Of a DNA stretch of 43,611 nt, positions 18,401 through 27,632 are shown one piece after another. The notes below the pieces were generated by a model. It saw only the letters and a program-made list of their open reading frames with translations, did not search any database and was not told where the DNA came from. How positions within the stretch are numbered: position 1 is the first letter of the stretch; the number at the start of each line of letters is the position of its first letter. A program made the position numbers and the translations under genes. The DNA is from Erysipelotrichaceae bacterium (GTDB lineage: Bacteria; Bacillota_I; Bacilli_A; RFN20; CAG-826). The stretch lies in NCBI GenBank assembly GCA_012518415.1, contig JAAYSH010000051.1, positions 1 through 43,611 of the forward strand, written 5' to 3'.

Positions 18401-18947
18401 TGTCGGAGTCGACATGTATTTAAAATTGTTAAATGATGCAATTATGAGGAAAAAGGGTGAAGAAAGCGTTGAGGCAAAAGTTGTCCCACAATCATCACTT
18501 CAAGTAGACGCATACATTCCAACCGCTTATGTAACAAAATCAGATAAGATTGATATTTACCAATCGATTGATAAAGCAACAACAGAAGCTGAGGTTGATG
18601 TTATTACTTCGACTGTCCGCGATATATATGGTCGTTTACCAGAAGAAGTAAGCTTGTTATTAAGAAAAAGGAAAATCGATATTAAACTCGCAGGAGAAGA
18701 GTTTGAAAAAATGTTTGAAACAACAAAGCAGATAAATATATATTTATCGACAAAGTTCACTGCTGTTGATGGGATAGGTGTAACTTTATTCCAAAACCTT
18801 GCCCCCTTAATGAAGCAATTAAAATTCAAACTCGTTCAAAAGCAATTTAAAATTACTTTAAATAAAGATAAAGAGTGGTTTGATACATATGAAACATTAA
18901 TTAGTATAATTAAAGAAACATATGATCCATATCGAGCAACAAAATAA
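15474..18947 (+). CDS. mfd: Transcription-repair coupling factor
   Basis: 1157 aa. TTG start with GGAGGG 6 nt upstream. UvrB-like N-terminal region, CarD/RID domain (GDYVVHERFGIG) and superfamily-2 helicase motifs (GDVGFGKTE, DEEQRFG, SATPIPRT, QLYQIKGRVGR). Confidence 0.95.
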   Translation: MRSIFSLLNNNEATTRLLQKRGIFVVDEVIGATLLIATAFKEQPEDIVVITSNLYNAQKVYEGLLGFLSEDEVYYFPMDEILRSESLAASKELLAQRIYVLSKIQTEQPKIVVTNTAGAMRFLPSKDLFNNHTLRFEVGSDYNLGEVIEALVKAGYTRVNKLDQSLQFAVRGDILDIFSVNLDKPVRIEFFDSEVESIRYFDIATHISEEQISQVTVLPASDTLLSEQARSTLKERINKQLEQDSKNIRGVIGDELAKTTSRDIENLLNYDYHVSLYKYFGFVEEKHYSLLDYLDKPLVILNNDTQIEETTSMLGYDSYNYLRELHEIGKNISHLAIYRPLERVLASAGVTIRFREHYKSQEEIVFNSRPIIGLAANMNAAIKLIQSYLNENKKVLLALSTRYQLNSIANVLKNEQIPFEIVEGLSVPEGKLGLTTFYLDNGFELLDENFVVITSRELYGSKGRATRFHSRFKEATILRSYNDLNPGDYVVHERFGIGQFLDIVTMLVDDIHQDYLHIKYYGKDVLYVPLSQFRLVRKYIGREGATPKLNRLNSKSWEKTKARIEKRVNDIADKLVDLYAERIEGNGFAFPEDDEIQLQFEQEFAYELTSDQKRAIEDIKKDMQKTTPMDRLLSGDVGFGKTEIAFRAAFKAIGAGKQVAFLCPTTLLARQHYEVALDRFDTFGINIKMLSRLVSDSEQKKIIGELKSGEVDFVIGTHRLLSNDVEFKDLGLLIIDEEQRFGVEQKETIKEMKTNIDVLALSATPIPRTLQMSLVGIRTISQITTAPHGRMPIQTYVMAEKDSVIKEVIQRELGRGGQVFYLHNRVASIYAKAGKIQKMIPSANVGVIHGQMLKQEAEDVMMRFYSGDIDILVCTTIIENGIDVANANTMIIEQADHFGLAQLYQIKGRVGRGNRIAYAYLLYRPHKNMSEQARKRLQAIQDFTELGSGYKIAQRDLMIRGAGDLLGPEQAGFIDTVGVDMYLKLLNDAIMRKKGEESVEAKVVPQSSLQVDAYIPTAYVTKSDKIDIYQSIDKATTEAEVDVITSTVRDIYGRLPEEVSLLLRKRKIDIKLAGEEFEKMFETTKQINIYLSTKFTAVDGIGVTLFQNLAPLMKQLKFKLVQKQFKITLNKDKEWFDTYETLISIIKETYDPYRATK

Positions 18948-18961
18948 AAAGGACGTAATTT

Positions 18962-19225
18962 ATGAGGATTGACAAATTTTTAAAAGTATCAAGGATTATT
19001 AAACGAAGAAGTGTCGCGAAAGAAATTATTGACCGCGGTGTTATTAAAATAAATGGGCGCGTTGCAAAACCGGCAAGCAACGTAGCTATTGGTGATGAAA
19101 TTGAATTAGTGCTTGGTAGACACCTTTTAGTAGTACGGGTGTTAAAATTAAAAGATACAACTAAGAAAGCTGAAGCCGAAGACTTATACGAAATTATTAG
19201 TGATGAAATAATTGAAGAGCAATGA
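18962..19225 (+). CDS. rqcP: S4-domain RNA-binding protein, YabO/RqcP (Hsp15-like) homologue
   Basis: 87 aa. MRIDKFLKVSRIIKRRSVAKE...LKDTTKK closely matches my memory of B. subtilis YabO. It sits in the conserved position between mfd and tilS. It ends in TGA, which overlaps the tilS ATG (ATGA). Confidence 0.8.
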   Translation: MRIDKFLKVSRIIKRRSVAKEIIDRGVIKINGRVAKPASNVAIGDEIELVLGRHLLVVRVLKLKDTTKKAEAEDLYEIISDEIIEEQ

Positions 19226-20457
19226 AAACATTAGAAAAAAACAAACTTTATTTATTAGCGTGTAGCTACGGACCTGACTCGATGGCGCTTTTTCACATGC
19301 TTTTAAAAGGCGGGTTTAGATTTATTGTCGTTCATGTAAATTATCAAATGCGTGGAGAGCATAGCGATCAAGAAGCAAAAGATTTAGCGACTTATTGTAA
19401 GAAAAAAGATATTAAACTATACCAAAAGTCTGTTATGGGTCAACAAATCACTGCTGATTTTGAAAATTGGGCGAGAAATATCCGTTATAATTTCTTTAAA
19501 GAAATCGCTTCTACTTATGATGAAGAAGTAGTAATTTTAACTGGTCATCATAGCGATGATGTGATTGAAACATATATAATGCAAACTAACCGACAAAAAT
19601 ATATTAACTACTACGGTATTCGTCAGCATAGTGAATACCAAGGCGTAAAAATTTATCGGCCACTATTAAATATGAATAAAGACCAAATTCTTGAGTACTG
19701 CAATATATATGATGTTCCGTATTCAATCGATCATTCTAACTTAGAAAAAGAATATACGCGAAATATTATTCGAATTGAACACGTAAATAAGTTAAGCAAC
19801 GAAGAAAAGGCGAAAATACTTCAAGATATTGAAAATAACAACAAAAAACTTGAAGAAAGCAAACAAACGCTCAGGAAAAAATTCAGACAATTTCGCTATA
19901 TTGACACAAATTTAATTAATGAGTTATCAAATGATGAAATTCATTTACTCGCATATGAGTTTTTTGCCGCTAATGATTTAGAATCATATTATACGTCTGG
20001 CTGGGCCGAAACAATTATTGATTTTGTAAATTCAGATAAGCCAAATATTATCGAAGAAGTCGGGGAGAAATACGTCTTAATCAAGGAATACGAAATCATC
20101 CGCCTTTTGCGTACAAACTCACTAAATCAACCAAGTTATGCATATGTTTTAGAAAAACCAGGCAGATTAGAAACGCCGCAATTTGCGCTCGATCTATCCT
20201 TACCGCCTAAGCGAGGAGAAATTAGTGATACCTCATATCCGCTTGTAATTAGATCGCCCGAAGAGGGAGATACATACGAGATCGACGGCAATATTAAGCA
20301 ATTAAACAGGATATTTATTGATTGGAAAATGCCGTTAAGGTTGCGCAAGGTTTGGCCCGTGTTTGTTGACAAAGATGGTATAATTATATTTGTTCCGCGT
20401 TATCAAGGGAGATACGATAAAAGCGAAGATACAAATATCCGCATTTATTTGTGCTAA
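19222..20457 (+). CDS. tilS: tRNA(Ile)-lysidine synthetase
   Basis: 411 aa. N-terminal PP-loop ATPase motif (LACSYGPDSMAL, a variant of SGGxDS). GHHSDD motif. C-terminal TilS domain. Conserved position upstream of ftsH. Confidence 0.9.
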   Translation: MKTLEKNKLYLLACSYGPDSMALFHMLLKGGFRFIVVHVNYQMRGEHSDQEAKDLATYCKKKDIKLYQKSVMGQQITADFENWARNIRYNFFKEIASTYDEEVVILTGHHSDDVIETYIMQTNRQKYINYYGIRQHSEYQGVKIYRPLLNMNKDQILEYCNIYDVPYSIDHSNLEKEYTRNIIRIEHVNKLSNEEKAKILQDIENNNKKLEESKQTLRKKFRQFRYIDTNLINELSNDEIHLLAYEFFAANDLESYYTSGWAETIIDFVNSDKPNIIEEVGEKYVLIKEYEIIRLLRTNSLNQPSYAYVLEKPGRLETPQFALDLSLPPKRGEISDTSYPLVIRSPEEGDTYEIDGNIKQLNRIFIDWKMPLRLRKVWPVFVDKDGIIIFVPRYQGRYDKSEDTNIRIYLC

Positions 20458-20459
20458 AA

Positions 20460-20488
20460 TTGTTTAAGTAACTTTTAATTAGTATAAT
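20460..20488 (+). promoter_or_regulatory. Candidate sigma-A promoter for ftsH (TTGTTT-17-TATAAT)
   Basis: Perfect -10 at 20483-20488 and a TTG-containing -35 at 17-nt spacing. Confidence 0.45.
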
Positions 20489-20553
20489 AAAAAAGTTGTT
20501 TGTAACATCGCAACTATTTATATTAACTTGAACCTTATTATCATGGAGGAATT

Positions 20554-22680
20554 ATGGCAACAAGAAATCCAAATCCAAATCCAAAACGTAAAACATCCGT
20601 TTGGTCGTATATACTACCTTATTTAGTTATGGCGATTGCAATCATTTTCTTTGTCGCACTTATATTTGGGCGTAGGGAAAATCCAAATCAAGTAAACGTA
20701 TCGCAAAACCAAATTACGTTATTTGTCGAGTCGAATACAGAGTTAGATGAAGGAGAACCGATTATTGATCCAAATGGGTTTTCGTTTGATATTCGGCATA
20801 AGAATGCAACACATAAAATTACTAACTACTCAATTTTAGGTTTAGAAACAACAACGACAACAACTGTCGTTTACTTAAATGGTGAATTAAGCGCCTTCAT
20901 AAGCGCATCGGGAGAACGGGTAATCGTTCCGTTCTCAGCGACGCTTGATCGAGCCTTTTATGAAGAACACGTAATGAGCGATATCGCGCAACTTAACTTA
21001 CCTAACGGTTATGTGATTATTAACGCTTATGAAACTTCATGGTGGGATCAATGGGGACCAACGATTTTATTAATGGGTCTTTCCGTTATTATGGTCGTCT
21101 GGCTCTTCTCGAGAATGTCATCAACTGCAAGTGCAGCTAACCGCAGTGCGATGGATTATAACAAATCAAGAGCGCGGATGATTAGTGACTCTAATACTAA
21201 GTTTTCCGATGTCGCGGGTGCAGATGCAGAAAAAGCAGAACTGGTTGAAATTGTCGATTATTTAAAACGACCAAAGAAATACACTAAATTTGGCGCGAAA
21301 ATTCCTAAAGGAGTCCTTTTAGTTGGGCCTCCTGGAACTGGTAAAACATTACTTGCTAGGGCAACCGCAGGTGAAGCTGGCGTACCTTTCTTCTCAATTT
21401 CTGGTTCAGACTTTGTTGAAATGTTTGTCGGTGTTGGAGCGGGACGAGTTCGTGATATGTTTAGACAAGCAAAGAAAAACGCACCATGTATTATATTTAT
21501 TGATGAATTAGACGCAGTCGGACGTCAGCGAGGCGCAGGTCTTGGAGGTGGTAACGACGAACGCGAACAAACACTTAACCAATTACTTGTTGAAATGGAC
21601 GGTTTTGAAGATAACGCTGGAATTATTGTTATGGCAGCAACAAACCGTGAAGACGTTCTTGACCCGGCCTTATTAAGAGCAGGACGCTTTGATCGAAGAA
21701 TCGTTGTTGATTTACCTGATCGCGCGGGACGAGAAGCAATATTTGAAGTACATGCACGCGGAAAAACAATTTCGCCACAAGTTAACTTTGGCCACCTTGC
21801 AAGAAGAACAACAGGATTCTCAGGTGCAGATATTGCCTCAATCTTAAATGATGCAGCGATATTAGCAATTAGACGTAATGGTTCAATGATTACAACCGCT
21901 GATATTGATGAAGCGATTGACCGCCGTATCGCAGGTCCAGCACGCTCTTCAACCGGGATGAGTGAACACGAAAGAAAAGTTGTTGCATATCATGAAGCGG
22001 GTCACGCAGTTATTGGTATTCATTTAGAACACTCAGATAAAGTAAGAAAAATCACAATTATTCCACGTGGTAGAACCGGTGGTCATGTAATGATGACTCC
22101 AGAAGAAGACCGCTTCTTATTAACAAGAAACCAATTGTTCGCTAAGATTGTTGGATTTCTTGGTGGTCGAACTTCAGAAGAAATCTTTTTCCAAGATATA
22201 TCAACCGGAGCCAAGAGTGATATTGAACGGGCAACCCAAATTGCGCGAGCAATGGTTACTGAATACGGTATGTCACACTTAGGCCCAATCCAATACGAAC
22301 AAGATACAAGTTCAGTATTCTTAGGTCGTGACTATACAAGTTCACAAAAGAATTTCTCTGCTGAAGTTGCAAGTGAAATTGATAAAGCAATTAGACAAAT
22401 TATCGATGAAGCACATGATAAGGCGAGAGAAATACTTACAACAAATAGAGATGATGTCATATTAATTGCTGATACCTTACTAGAAAATGAAACAATTACC
22501 GATAAACAAATCGATCACTTACTTGAACATAAATCTCTACCTCCAAACGAAGAAGAAATAAGTCGAGCGGAGAAAGAGGAGGCACAAGTAAAAGCGGGTG
22601 AGACTGCTGGAGAAAAAAGCAGCGAACCTAAGCCGGTAGAAGTCGAAGTTGTTGAAAAGAAAGAAGGTGAGGAGGAATAA
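20554..22680 (+). CDS. ftsH: ATP-dependent zinc metalloprotease FtsH
   Basis: 708 aa. Two TM segments, AAA+ Walker A GPPGTGKT, Walker [12 protein letters not shown] region and zinc site HEAGHA. Acidic Glu/Lys-rich C-terminal tail. Confidence 0.97.
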   Translation: MATRNPNPNPKRKTSVWSYILPYLVMAIAIIFFVALIFGRRENPNQVNVSQNQITLFVESNTELDEGEPIIDPNGFSFDIRHKNATHKITNYSILGLETTTTTTVVYLNGELSAFISASGERVIVPFSATLDRAFYEEHVMSDIAQLNLPNGYVIINAYETSWWDQWGPTILLMGLSVIMVVWLFSRMSSTASAANRSAMDYNKSRARMISDSNTKFSDVAGADAEKAELVEIVDYLKRPKKYTKFGAKIPKGVLLVGPPGTGKTLLARATAGEAGVPFFSISGSDFVEMFVGVGAGRVRDMFRQAKKNAPCIIFIDELDAVGRQRGAGLGGGNDEREQTLNQLLVEMDGFEDNAGIIVMAATNREDVLDPALLRAGRFDRRIVVDLPDRAGREAIFEVHARGKTISPQVNFGHLARRTTGFSGADIASILNDAAILAIRRNGSMITTADIDEAIDRRIAGPARSSTGMSEHERKVVAYHEAGHAVIGIHLEHSDKVRKITIIPRGRTGGHVMMTPEEDRFLLTRNQLFAKIVGFLGGRTSEEIFFQDISTGAKSDIERATQIARAMVTEYGMSHLGPIQYEQDTSSVFLGRDYTSSQKNFSAEVASEIDKAIRQIIDEAHDKAREILTTNRDDVILIADTLLENETITDKQIDHLLEHKSLPPNEEEISRAEKEEAQVKAGETAGEKSSEPKPVEVEVVEKKEGEEE

Positions 22681-22698
22681 TATTCCTCCTTCTTTTTT
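22670..22698 (+). terminator. Rho-independent terminator overlapping the ftsH stop codon
   Basis: AGGAGGAA-TAATA-TTCCTCCT (the stop TAA is in the loop) followed by TCTTTTTT. The dusB ATG begins 4 nt later. Confidence 0.6.
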
Positions 22699-22701
22699 AA
22701 G

Positions 22702-23697
22702 ATGTTTAAAATTCGGGATATTCAGATTAACGGAAAAGTTATACTTGCGCCGATGGCAGGGATAACAACTGCTAGTTACCGCAAGTTTGCGAAGCCTTTT
22801 GGTGTAGCACTTTCTTACACCGAAATGGTTAGTGATATGGGATTAATTTATAATAACCAGGTCACGTTTAGTTATTTAAGTGGTGCGAAAGAGGACCGAC
22901 CAATCGCTATACAACTATTTGGTAATGAAAAAGAATCACTTGTAAAAGCTGTAGAAATAGTCGAACAAAGCACTTTTGCATATGATTTAATCGATATTAA
23001 CTTAGGTTGCCCCGTACCTAAAGTAACTCGAGGCGGAGGAGGTTCTGCCTGGCTTAAACGTCCAAGCGAGTTATTTGAAATGATGGAAGCGGTAGTAAAA
23101 GCATCAGCAAAACCTGTAAGCGCAAAAATTCGTTTAGGCTACAGCGACCAATCAATTAATTTTAAAGAAGTTATTCAAGGTCTAGAAGAAGCGGGTGTAG
23201 CAATGATTGCACTTCACTTAAGAACGAAGGAACAGCTATATCGCGGTAAAGTTGACTATGAGATTGCCAGGGATTTAGGAAAGAATATGAAAGTTCCACT
23301 AATAATAAGCGGTGATATATATACACTTGATGATGCGATTAAAGCGATTGAAGTTACTGGTGCAAGTGGGGTAATGGTCGCCCGTGGAGGGATAGGCAAC
23401 CCGCATTTAATTAAGCAAATTGATCATTATTTTAAAACGGGTGAAAAGCTTAACGATGCAACTTTAGAAGAACAACTTACATATATGCGTGAATATGCGA
23501 AGATGTTAATAAAAGAAAAAGGTGAAACAACTGGAGTTAAAATGCTTCGGTCCGTCTTACCAAAATTTTTAAATCGGTATCCGCATATGAAACAATTTAA
23601 AATTGATTTAGTAACAAAGACTCACACTTATGCAGATATTGAGAAAGTTTTAGTCAAAATTGAATCAGGACTACTTAATAAAGAGTTTAATTTATAG
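22702..23697 (+). CDS. dusB: tRNA-dihydrouridine synthase
   Basis: 331 aa. LAPMAGITT N-terminal motif, NLGCP catalytic-cysteine motif, TIM-barrel FMN pattern. It lies directly upstream of lysS, as in Bacillus. Confidence 0.9.
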   Translation: MFKIRDIQINGKVILAPMAGITTASYRKFAKPFGVALSYTEMVSDMGLIYNNQVTFSYLSGAKEDRPIAIQLFGNEKESLVKAVEIVEQSTFAYDLIDINLGCPVPKVTRGGGGSAWLKRPSELFEMMEAVVKASAKPVSAKIRLGYSDQSINFKEVIQGLEEAGVAMIALHLRTKEQLYRGKVDYEIARDLGKNMKVPLIISGDIYTLDDAIKAIEVTGASGVMVARGGIGNPHLIKQIDHYFKTGEKLNDATLEEQLTYMREYAKMLIKEKGETTGVKMLRSVLPKFLNRYPHMKQFKIDLVTKTHTYADIEKVLVKIESGLLNKEFNL

Positions 23698-23727
23698 TAT
23701 GATAAATATATTCGAGGTGAATAAAAG

Positions 23728-25212
23728 ATGAAAAGAAAATTTAGTGATCAAGAATTAGTAAGACGCGAAAAACTTAACACATTAAAAGAAAAAGGAGTTA
23801 ATCCTTGGGGCGAGCGTTTTGTAAGAACTCATACAACAAAAATGATTTTAGAATACGGCGAAAACAAAACAAAAGAACAATTAGAAGAGACGCCCTATGA
23901 AGTAAAACTCGCCGGAAGGTTAATGTTTATAAGAAACATGGGCAAAGCCGCCTTCGCTAATATTCGAGACCAAGAAGGTGATGTTCAACTATTCATCACA
24001 AAAAACAATGTTGGTGATGATGTGTTTGAAATTTTTAAACTTGCAGATTTAGGTGACATTATTGGTGTTGAAGGCGTTTTATTTAGGACAAAGACAAATG
24101 AGTTGACCGTTCGTGTGCTCAAATATACTCACCTTGTTAAATCACTCCATCCATTACCAGAAAAATATCATGGTCTTACCGATATCGAAGAACGATATCG
24201 AAGAAGATATGTCGACTTAATGGTTAATGAAGAAGCAAGAAATATCGCTTTTGCCAGACCAGCAATTATTAAAGGTATTCGTAACTTTATGGATGATTTA
24301 GGTTATGTTGAAGTTGACACACCAGTATTAAGTTCAATCTTAGGTGGTGCGAATGCAAGACCATTTATCACACATCATAATACACTTGATAAAGACTTTT
24401 ACCTTAGAATTGCTACGGAAATTCCGCTTAAGAAACTACTTGTAGGCGGGATGGAAAAAGTATATGAAATCGGCCGCCTCTTCCGCAACGAAGGGATGGA
24501 TACGACACATAACCCAGAGTTTACAACGATGGAAGCATATTTAGCTTATGGCGACATCGAAGATATGTATGAACTAGCAGAGGAGTTAATCCGCGATTTA
24601 GCAGTTAACGTAATTGGAAAAACAAAGTATGTTTGGAACGGCGAAGAAATTGATGTTGAACCTAAATTCCGTAAAGTTCATATGGTTGATTTAATTAAAG
24701 AAGAAACTGGAATCGACTTTTGGCAACACTATACATTCGAAGAAGCAAAAAAACTCGCCGAACAACATGAAATTAAAGTAGAACCGCATTTTACCGTCGG
24801 TCATATTATTAATGAGTTTTTCGAAGAGTATTGTGAAGCGAAGTTAATTCAACCAACATTCGTTTACGGTCATCCAATCGAAATAACTCCGCTTGCAAAA
24901 AAATCGGACGATCCACGGTTTACTTTAAGATTTGAACTTTTTATTTGTGGTGCAGAAATCGCGAATGCGTATAGTGAATTAAATGATCCGCTTGACCAAC
25001 GCGAGCGTTTTGAAGAACAACTTCGGGCAAGAGAGCTTGGTGATGAAGAAGCAAACGAACTTGATGAAGAGTTTTTAAATGCACTTGAATACGGAATGCC
25101 TCCTAGTGGCGGGATTGGAATTGGTATCGACCGCTTAGTTATGTTTTTGACTGAACAAAATAGTATTCGCGAAGTAATCCTCTTCCCAACAATGCGGCCG
25201 CTTAAAGGCTAA
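23728..25212 (+). CDS. lysS: Lysyl-tRNA synthetase, class II
   Basis: 494 aa. OB-fold anticodon-binding N-domain and class II motifs ([17 protein letters not shown]). RBS GAGGTG. Confidence 0.97.
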   Translation: MKRKFSDQELVRREKLNTLKEKGVNPWGERFVRTHTTKMILEYGENKTKEQLEETPYEVKLAGRLMFIRNMGKAAFANIRDQEGDVQLFITKNNVGDDVFEIFKLADLGDIIGVEGVLFRTKTNELTVRVLKYTHLVKSLHPLPEKYHGLTDIEERYRRRYVDLMVNEEARNIAFARPAIIKGIRNFMDDLGYVEVDTPVLSSILGGANARPFITHHNTLDKDFYLRIATEIPLKKLLVGGMEKVYEIGRLFRNEGMDTTHNPEFTTMEAYLAYGDIEDMYELAEELIRDLAVNVIGKTKYVWNGEEIDVEPKFRKVHMVDLIKEETGIDFWQHYTFEEAKKLAEQHEIKVEPHFTVGHIINEFFEEYCEAKLIQPTFVYGHPIEITPLAKKSDDPRFTLRFELFICGAEIANAYSELNDPLDQRERFEEQLRARELGDEEANELDEEFLNALEYGMPPSGGIGIGIDRLVMFLTEQNSIREVILFPTMRPLKG

Positions 25213-25282
25213 GAAGCTTAACAAAAAGCGATGAGCAATTGAAGTGACCCCCATTTAGTTCACACTTAAAAAAAGCCTAACG

Positions 25283-25317
25283 AAAGACAGGATATCATTA
25301 AGACTTCCTGTTTTTTA
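25283..25317 (+). terminator. Probable terminator after lysS
   Basis: GACAGGA / TCCTGTT stem with a 13-nt loop, followed by a T-run. Confidence 0.45.
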
Positions 25318-25556
25318 TTTGTAGATGCAATTTCAACATATTTTCCAAAAACATAAGACAATGAGGAAAAATATTTGCTATTTAAATATTGGGGAACGTT
25401 ATCCATAAAGTTGTGACAATCATTTAATTGCTTTACAAAATTAATTAAATCAAGTAAACTAGTTTAGCAATAGAGTGATAAATATCCACTTTATGAGTAT
25501 AAACTCTCTGCTACTACAAGAAGATAAGTAGCCGAAAGTCCAAAGGGAGGTAAAAT

Positions 25557-25844
25557 ATGGAAAAATACGAATTAATGTATATCCTCCGTGCGACTCTTGA
25601 TGAAGAAGCACGCACTGCTGCAAGTGAAGAATTACACAAAATTCTTACTGACAACGGAGCAATTTTAGGCGAAGTGACCGAGTGGGGACTTCGCGATTTC
25701 GCGTACTTAATCAAAGATGAACCACGAGGATATTATGTCATTGTTAAATTCGAAGCCAACAGCGAAACTTTAGAAGAATTCGAACGCTTGACTCGACATA
25801 ATGATAACGTTCTCCGTTATCTAATAACTGTCGATCATGAATAG
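25557..25844 (+). CDS. rpsF: 30S ribosomal protein S6
   Basis: 95 aa. MEKYELMYILR start. Classic rpsF-ssb-rpsR operon. Confidence 0.95.
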   Translation: MEKYELMYILRATLDEEARTAASEELHKILTDNGAILGEVTEWGLRDFAYLIKDEPRGYYVIVKFEANSETLEEFERLTRHNDNVLRYLITVDHE

Positions 25845-25856
25845 GAGGAATTAAAC

Positions 25857-26270
25857 ATGATTAACCGTGTGGTTTTGGTTGGACGCATTACACGCGATCC
25901 CGAATTACGTAAAACTGCTAATGATTATTCAGTCGTCAATTTCACAATTGCGCTTGATAATTATGCAGGCAGAGGTCAAGAACCAACTACAAGTTTCATC
26001 CCGTGTGTTGCATGGGGAGTTACTGCAGAAAACACCGCTAAGTATGTTCGTAAAGGACAATTACTAGGAATTGATGGTAAACTTCAACAAAGAAGTTATG
26101 AAAGAAGAGATGGTACAAGAGCGTCGGTTGTCGAAGTCATTTGTGACTCAGTCCAGTTTCTTGAACCACGGCGAGGTGGAGGGGGACAAGACACATATAC
26201 CCCAGACTACCAAGATGATTCCCAAAACTTAGAAACAGTTGATATTCTTGATAATGATTTACCATTTTAA
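25857..26270 (+). CDS. ssb: Single-stranded DNA-binding protein
   Basis: 137 aa. MINRVVLVGRITRDPELR OB-fold and the acidic C-terminal tip DDLPF. Confidence 0.95.
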   Translation: MINRVVLVGRITRDPELRKTANDYSVVNFTIALDNYAGRGQEPTTSFIPCVAWGVTAENTAKYVRKGQLLGIDGKLQQRSYERRDGTRASVVEVICDSVQFLEPRRGGGGQDTYTPDYQDDSQNLETVDILDNDLPF

Positions 26271-26288
26271 TTAGAAAGAGAGATATTT

Positions 26289-26519
26289 ATGGGAAGATAT
26301 AGAAAAATGCGACCTAGAAAAAAGGTCTGTTATTTCACGAAAAATAATATTAAACATATTGACTATAAAGATGTTGACTTATTAAAACGTTTTATTACTC
26401 CGAATGGAAAAATTACTCCACGCCGAGTAACTGGAACATCTGCAAAATATCAACGTCAACTAGCAAAAGCAATTAAAAACGCTCGTTTTATGGGATTGCT
26501 ACCTTATTTTGAAGACTAG
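26289..26519 (+). CDS. rpsR: 30S ribosomal protein S18
   Basis: 76 aa. IDYKDV..LKRFI...GKI.PRR.TG motif. Confidence 0.95.
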   Translation: MGRYRKMRPRKKVCYFTKNNIKHIDYKDVDLLKRFITPNGKITPRRVTGTSAKYQRQLAKAIKNARFMGLLPYFED

Positions 26520-26540
26520 TTAATATTGTTAATTAAAAAT

Positions 26541-26572
26541 AAAAGGCAACCAGGATGATGGTTGCCTTTTTT
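26541..26572. terminator. Bidirectional terminator shared by rpsR (+) and the SipW-type operon (-)
   Basis: AAAAGGCAACC / GGTTGCCTTTT stem with loop AGGATGAT, flanked by A- and T-runs. Confidence 0.75.
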
Positions 26573-26588
26573 ATATAAATAATTGTCA

Positions 26589-27608
26589 TTAACCATAATA
26601 TGTAGCTTTACCAAGATTAACACCAGGTGTCCAGGAGGAGTGAATGTAACCACACAAGTGACCCTCATAAGTCGCTGAGGCCCAGTTAATGTTTGTTACA
26701 TCTACTGATTGATTCCATTTATTATCCCATGTAGGCGTTAAAGCAGATGAGTCGTGACGGGTGAAAACAATATTGTTATAACCAACTGGAATTGTTACTC
26801 GATATTGTGTTTTGTTCAAGTGCTGCATGAATGTACTAAAGCCATTGTTAAAATCATTTACAAAATAATATACAGCGAACTTTGCACTAGAAGTGCCCCA
26901 GTCCGTGAAGTCTTTGATATCTAAGTATACGTATCTTAGCCATCTACCGGCTGTATTAGAAGTGGTTTCATACAAGTATTCATAACTACCTTGGATTGTG
27001 CCGCCTGCAACACTTTGATCATAAGCGCCGCTTGTTTGTCCACTTACGTTTGTCGCTGTTCGTCTAAATGTGACATTACTTACAGCACTTGGGACATACA
27101 GTTCGTAGACTCCATCACTCGTATAACTAGCTGCATTTGAATAATATCCCGTGGATGTACCTGGTCTTGTATACCAAATTGAGTAATAGCGACCAAAAGC
27201 ATTCCATGTATTAGCTTTAAATTTTATTGTTCTTGCTGGTAGCGATGTAAAGGTTGGGTAGTAATTAGTATCTGCAGAAATGGGTCCAATTGGTGTATTC
27301 GCGAATGTTTGCCAACTATTATGATAGTAAACCGCAGCAGAAGTTGAAGGTTTATAAACGCTACTTCCTCCATATGTTGGTGTCTCGCCACTTGCAACTT
27401 CTTGCGTGTATAAAACAGTTGTGCGGTCTTCGTCATAAAAAGTCGCCGTATATGTTGAAGACTTAGCAAAATTAATGTTAAAACCTAGTGAGCTGTTACC
27501 ATGTTTAAAATTTCCAAAACTTGAACTTACAGTTAAAAGTAGCGCGAAAACGCCACCGATACTAATAAGCGATAACATATTACTTGATTTTTTTCGTTTG
27601 TGTTTCAT
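26589..27608 (-). CDS. Secreted protein C of the SipW-type operon: leader, one Listeria-Bacteroides-repeat-like module, then two tandem CBM-like beta-sandwich modules
   Basis: 339 aa. The leader is a basic N-terminus plus hydrophobic core ending SSSFGNF, followed by LGFNINF. Residues about 53-121 resemble the Flg_new repeat (YTATF...YYHNSW...TNYYPTF). Residues about 126-205 and 224-310 are an internal duplication (W..Y..W/Y...[IV]P...[IV].F.R...[DN]QSV). There is no cell-wall or membrane anchor. Confidence 0.75.
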   Translation of the reverse strand: MKHKRKKSSNMLSLISIGGVFALLLTVSSSFGNFKHGNSSLGFNINFAKSSTYTATFYDEDRTTVLYTQEVASGETPTYGGSSVYKPSTSAAVYYHNSWQTFANTPIGPISADTNYYPTFTSLPARTIKFKANTWNAFGRYYSIWYTRPGTSTGYYSNAASYTSDGVYELYVPSAVSNVTFRRTATNVSGQTSGAYDQSVAGGTIQGSYEYLYETTSNTAGRWLRYVYLDIKDFTDWGTSSAKFAVYYFVNDFNNGFSTFMQHLNKTQYRVTIPVGYNNIVFTRHDSSALTPTWDNKWNQSVDVTNINWASATYEGHLCGYIHSSWTPGVNLGKATYYG

Positions 27609-27632
27609 GATAAAAGTAAACGTTTCTTTAAA

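Noticed and set aside
20600-21110. Unusually long FtsH extracytoplasmic loop (about 125 aa between the two TM segments)
   Set aside because: Loop length varies widely among FtsH orthologues. There is no separate domain signature, so it is not evidence of a new function.
25514-25714. 66-aa minus-strand ORF antisense to rpsF
   Set aside because: It is a shadow ORF of a ribosomal protein gene.
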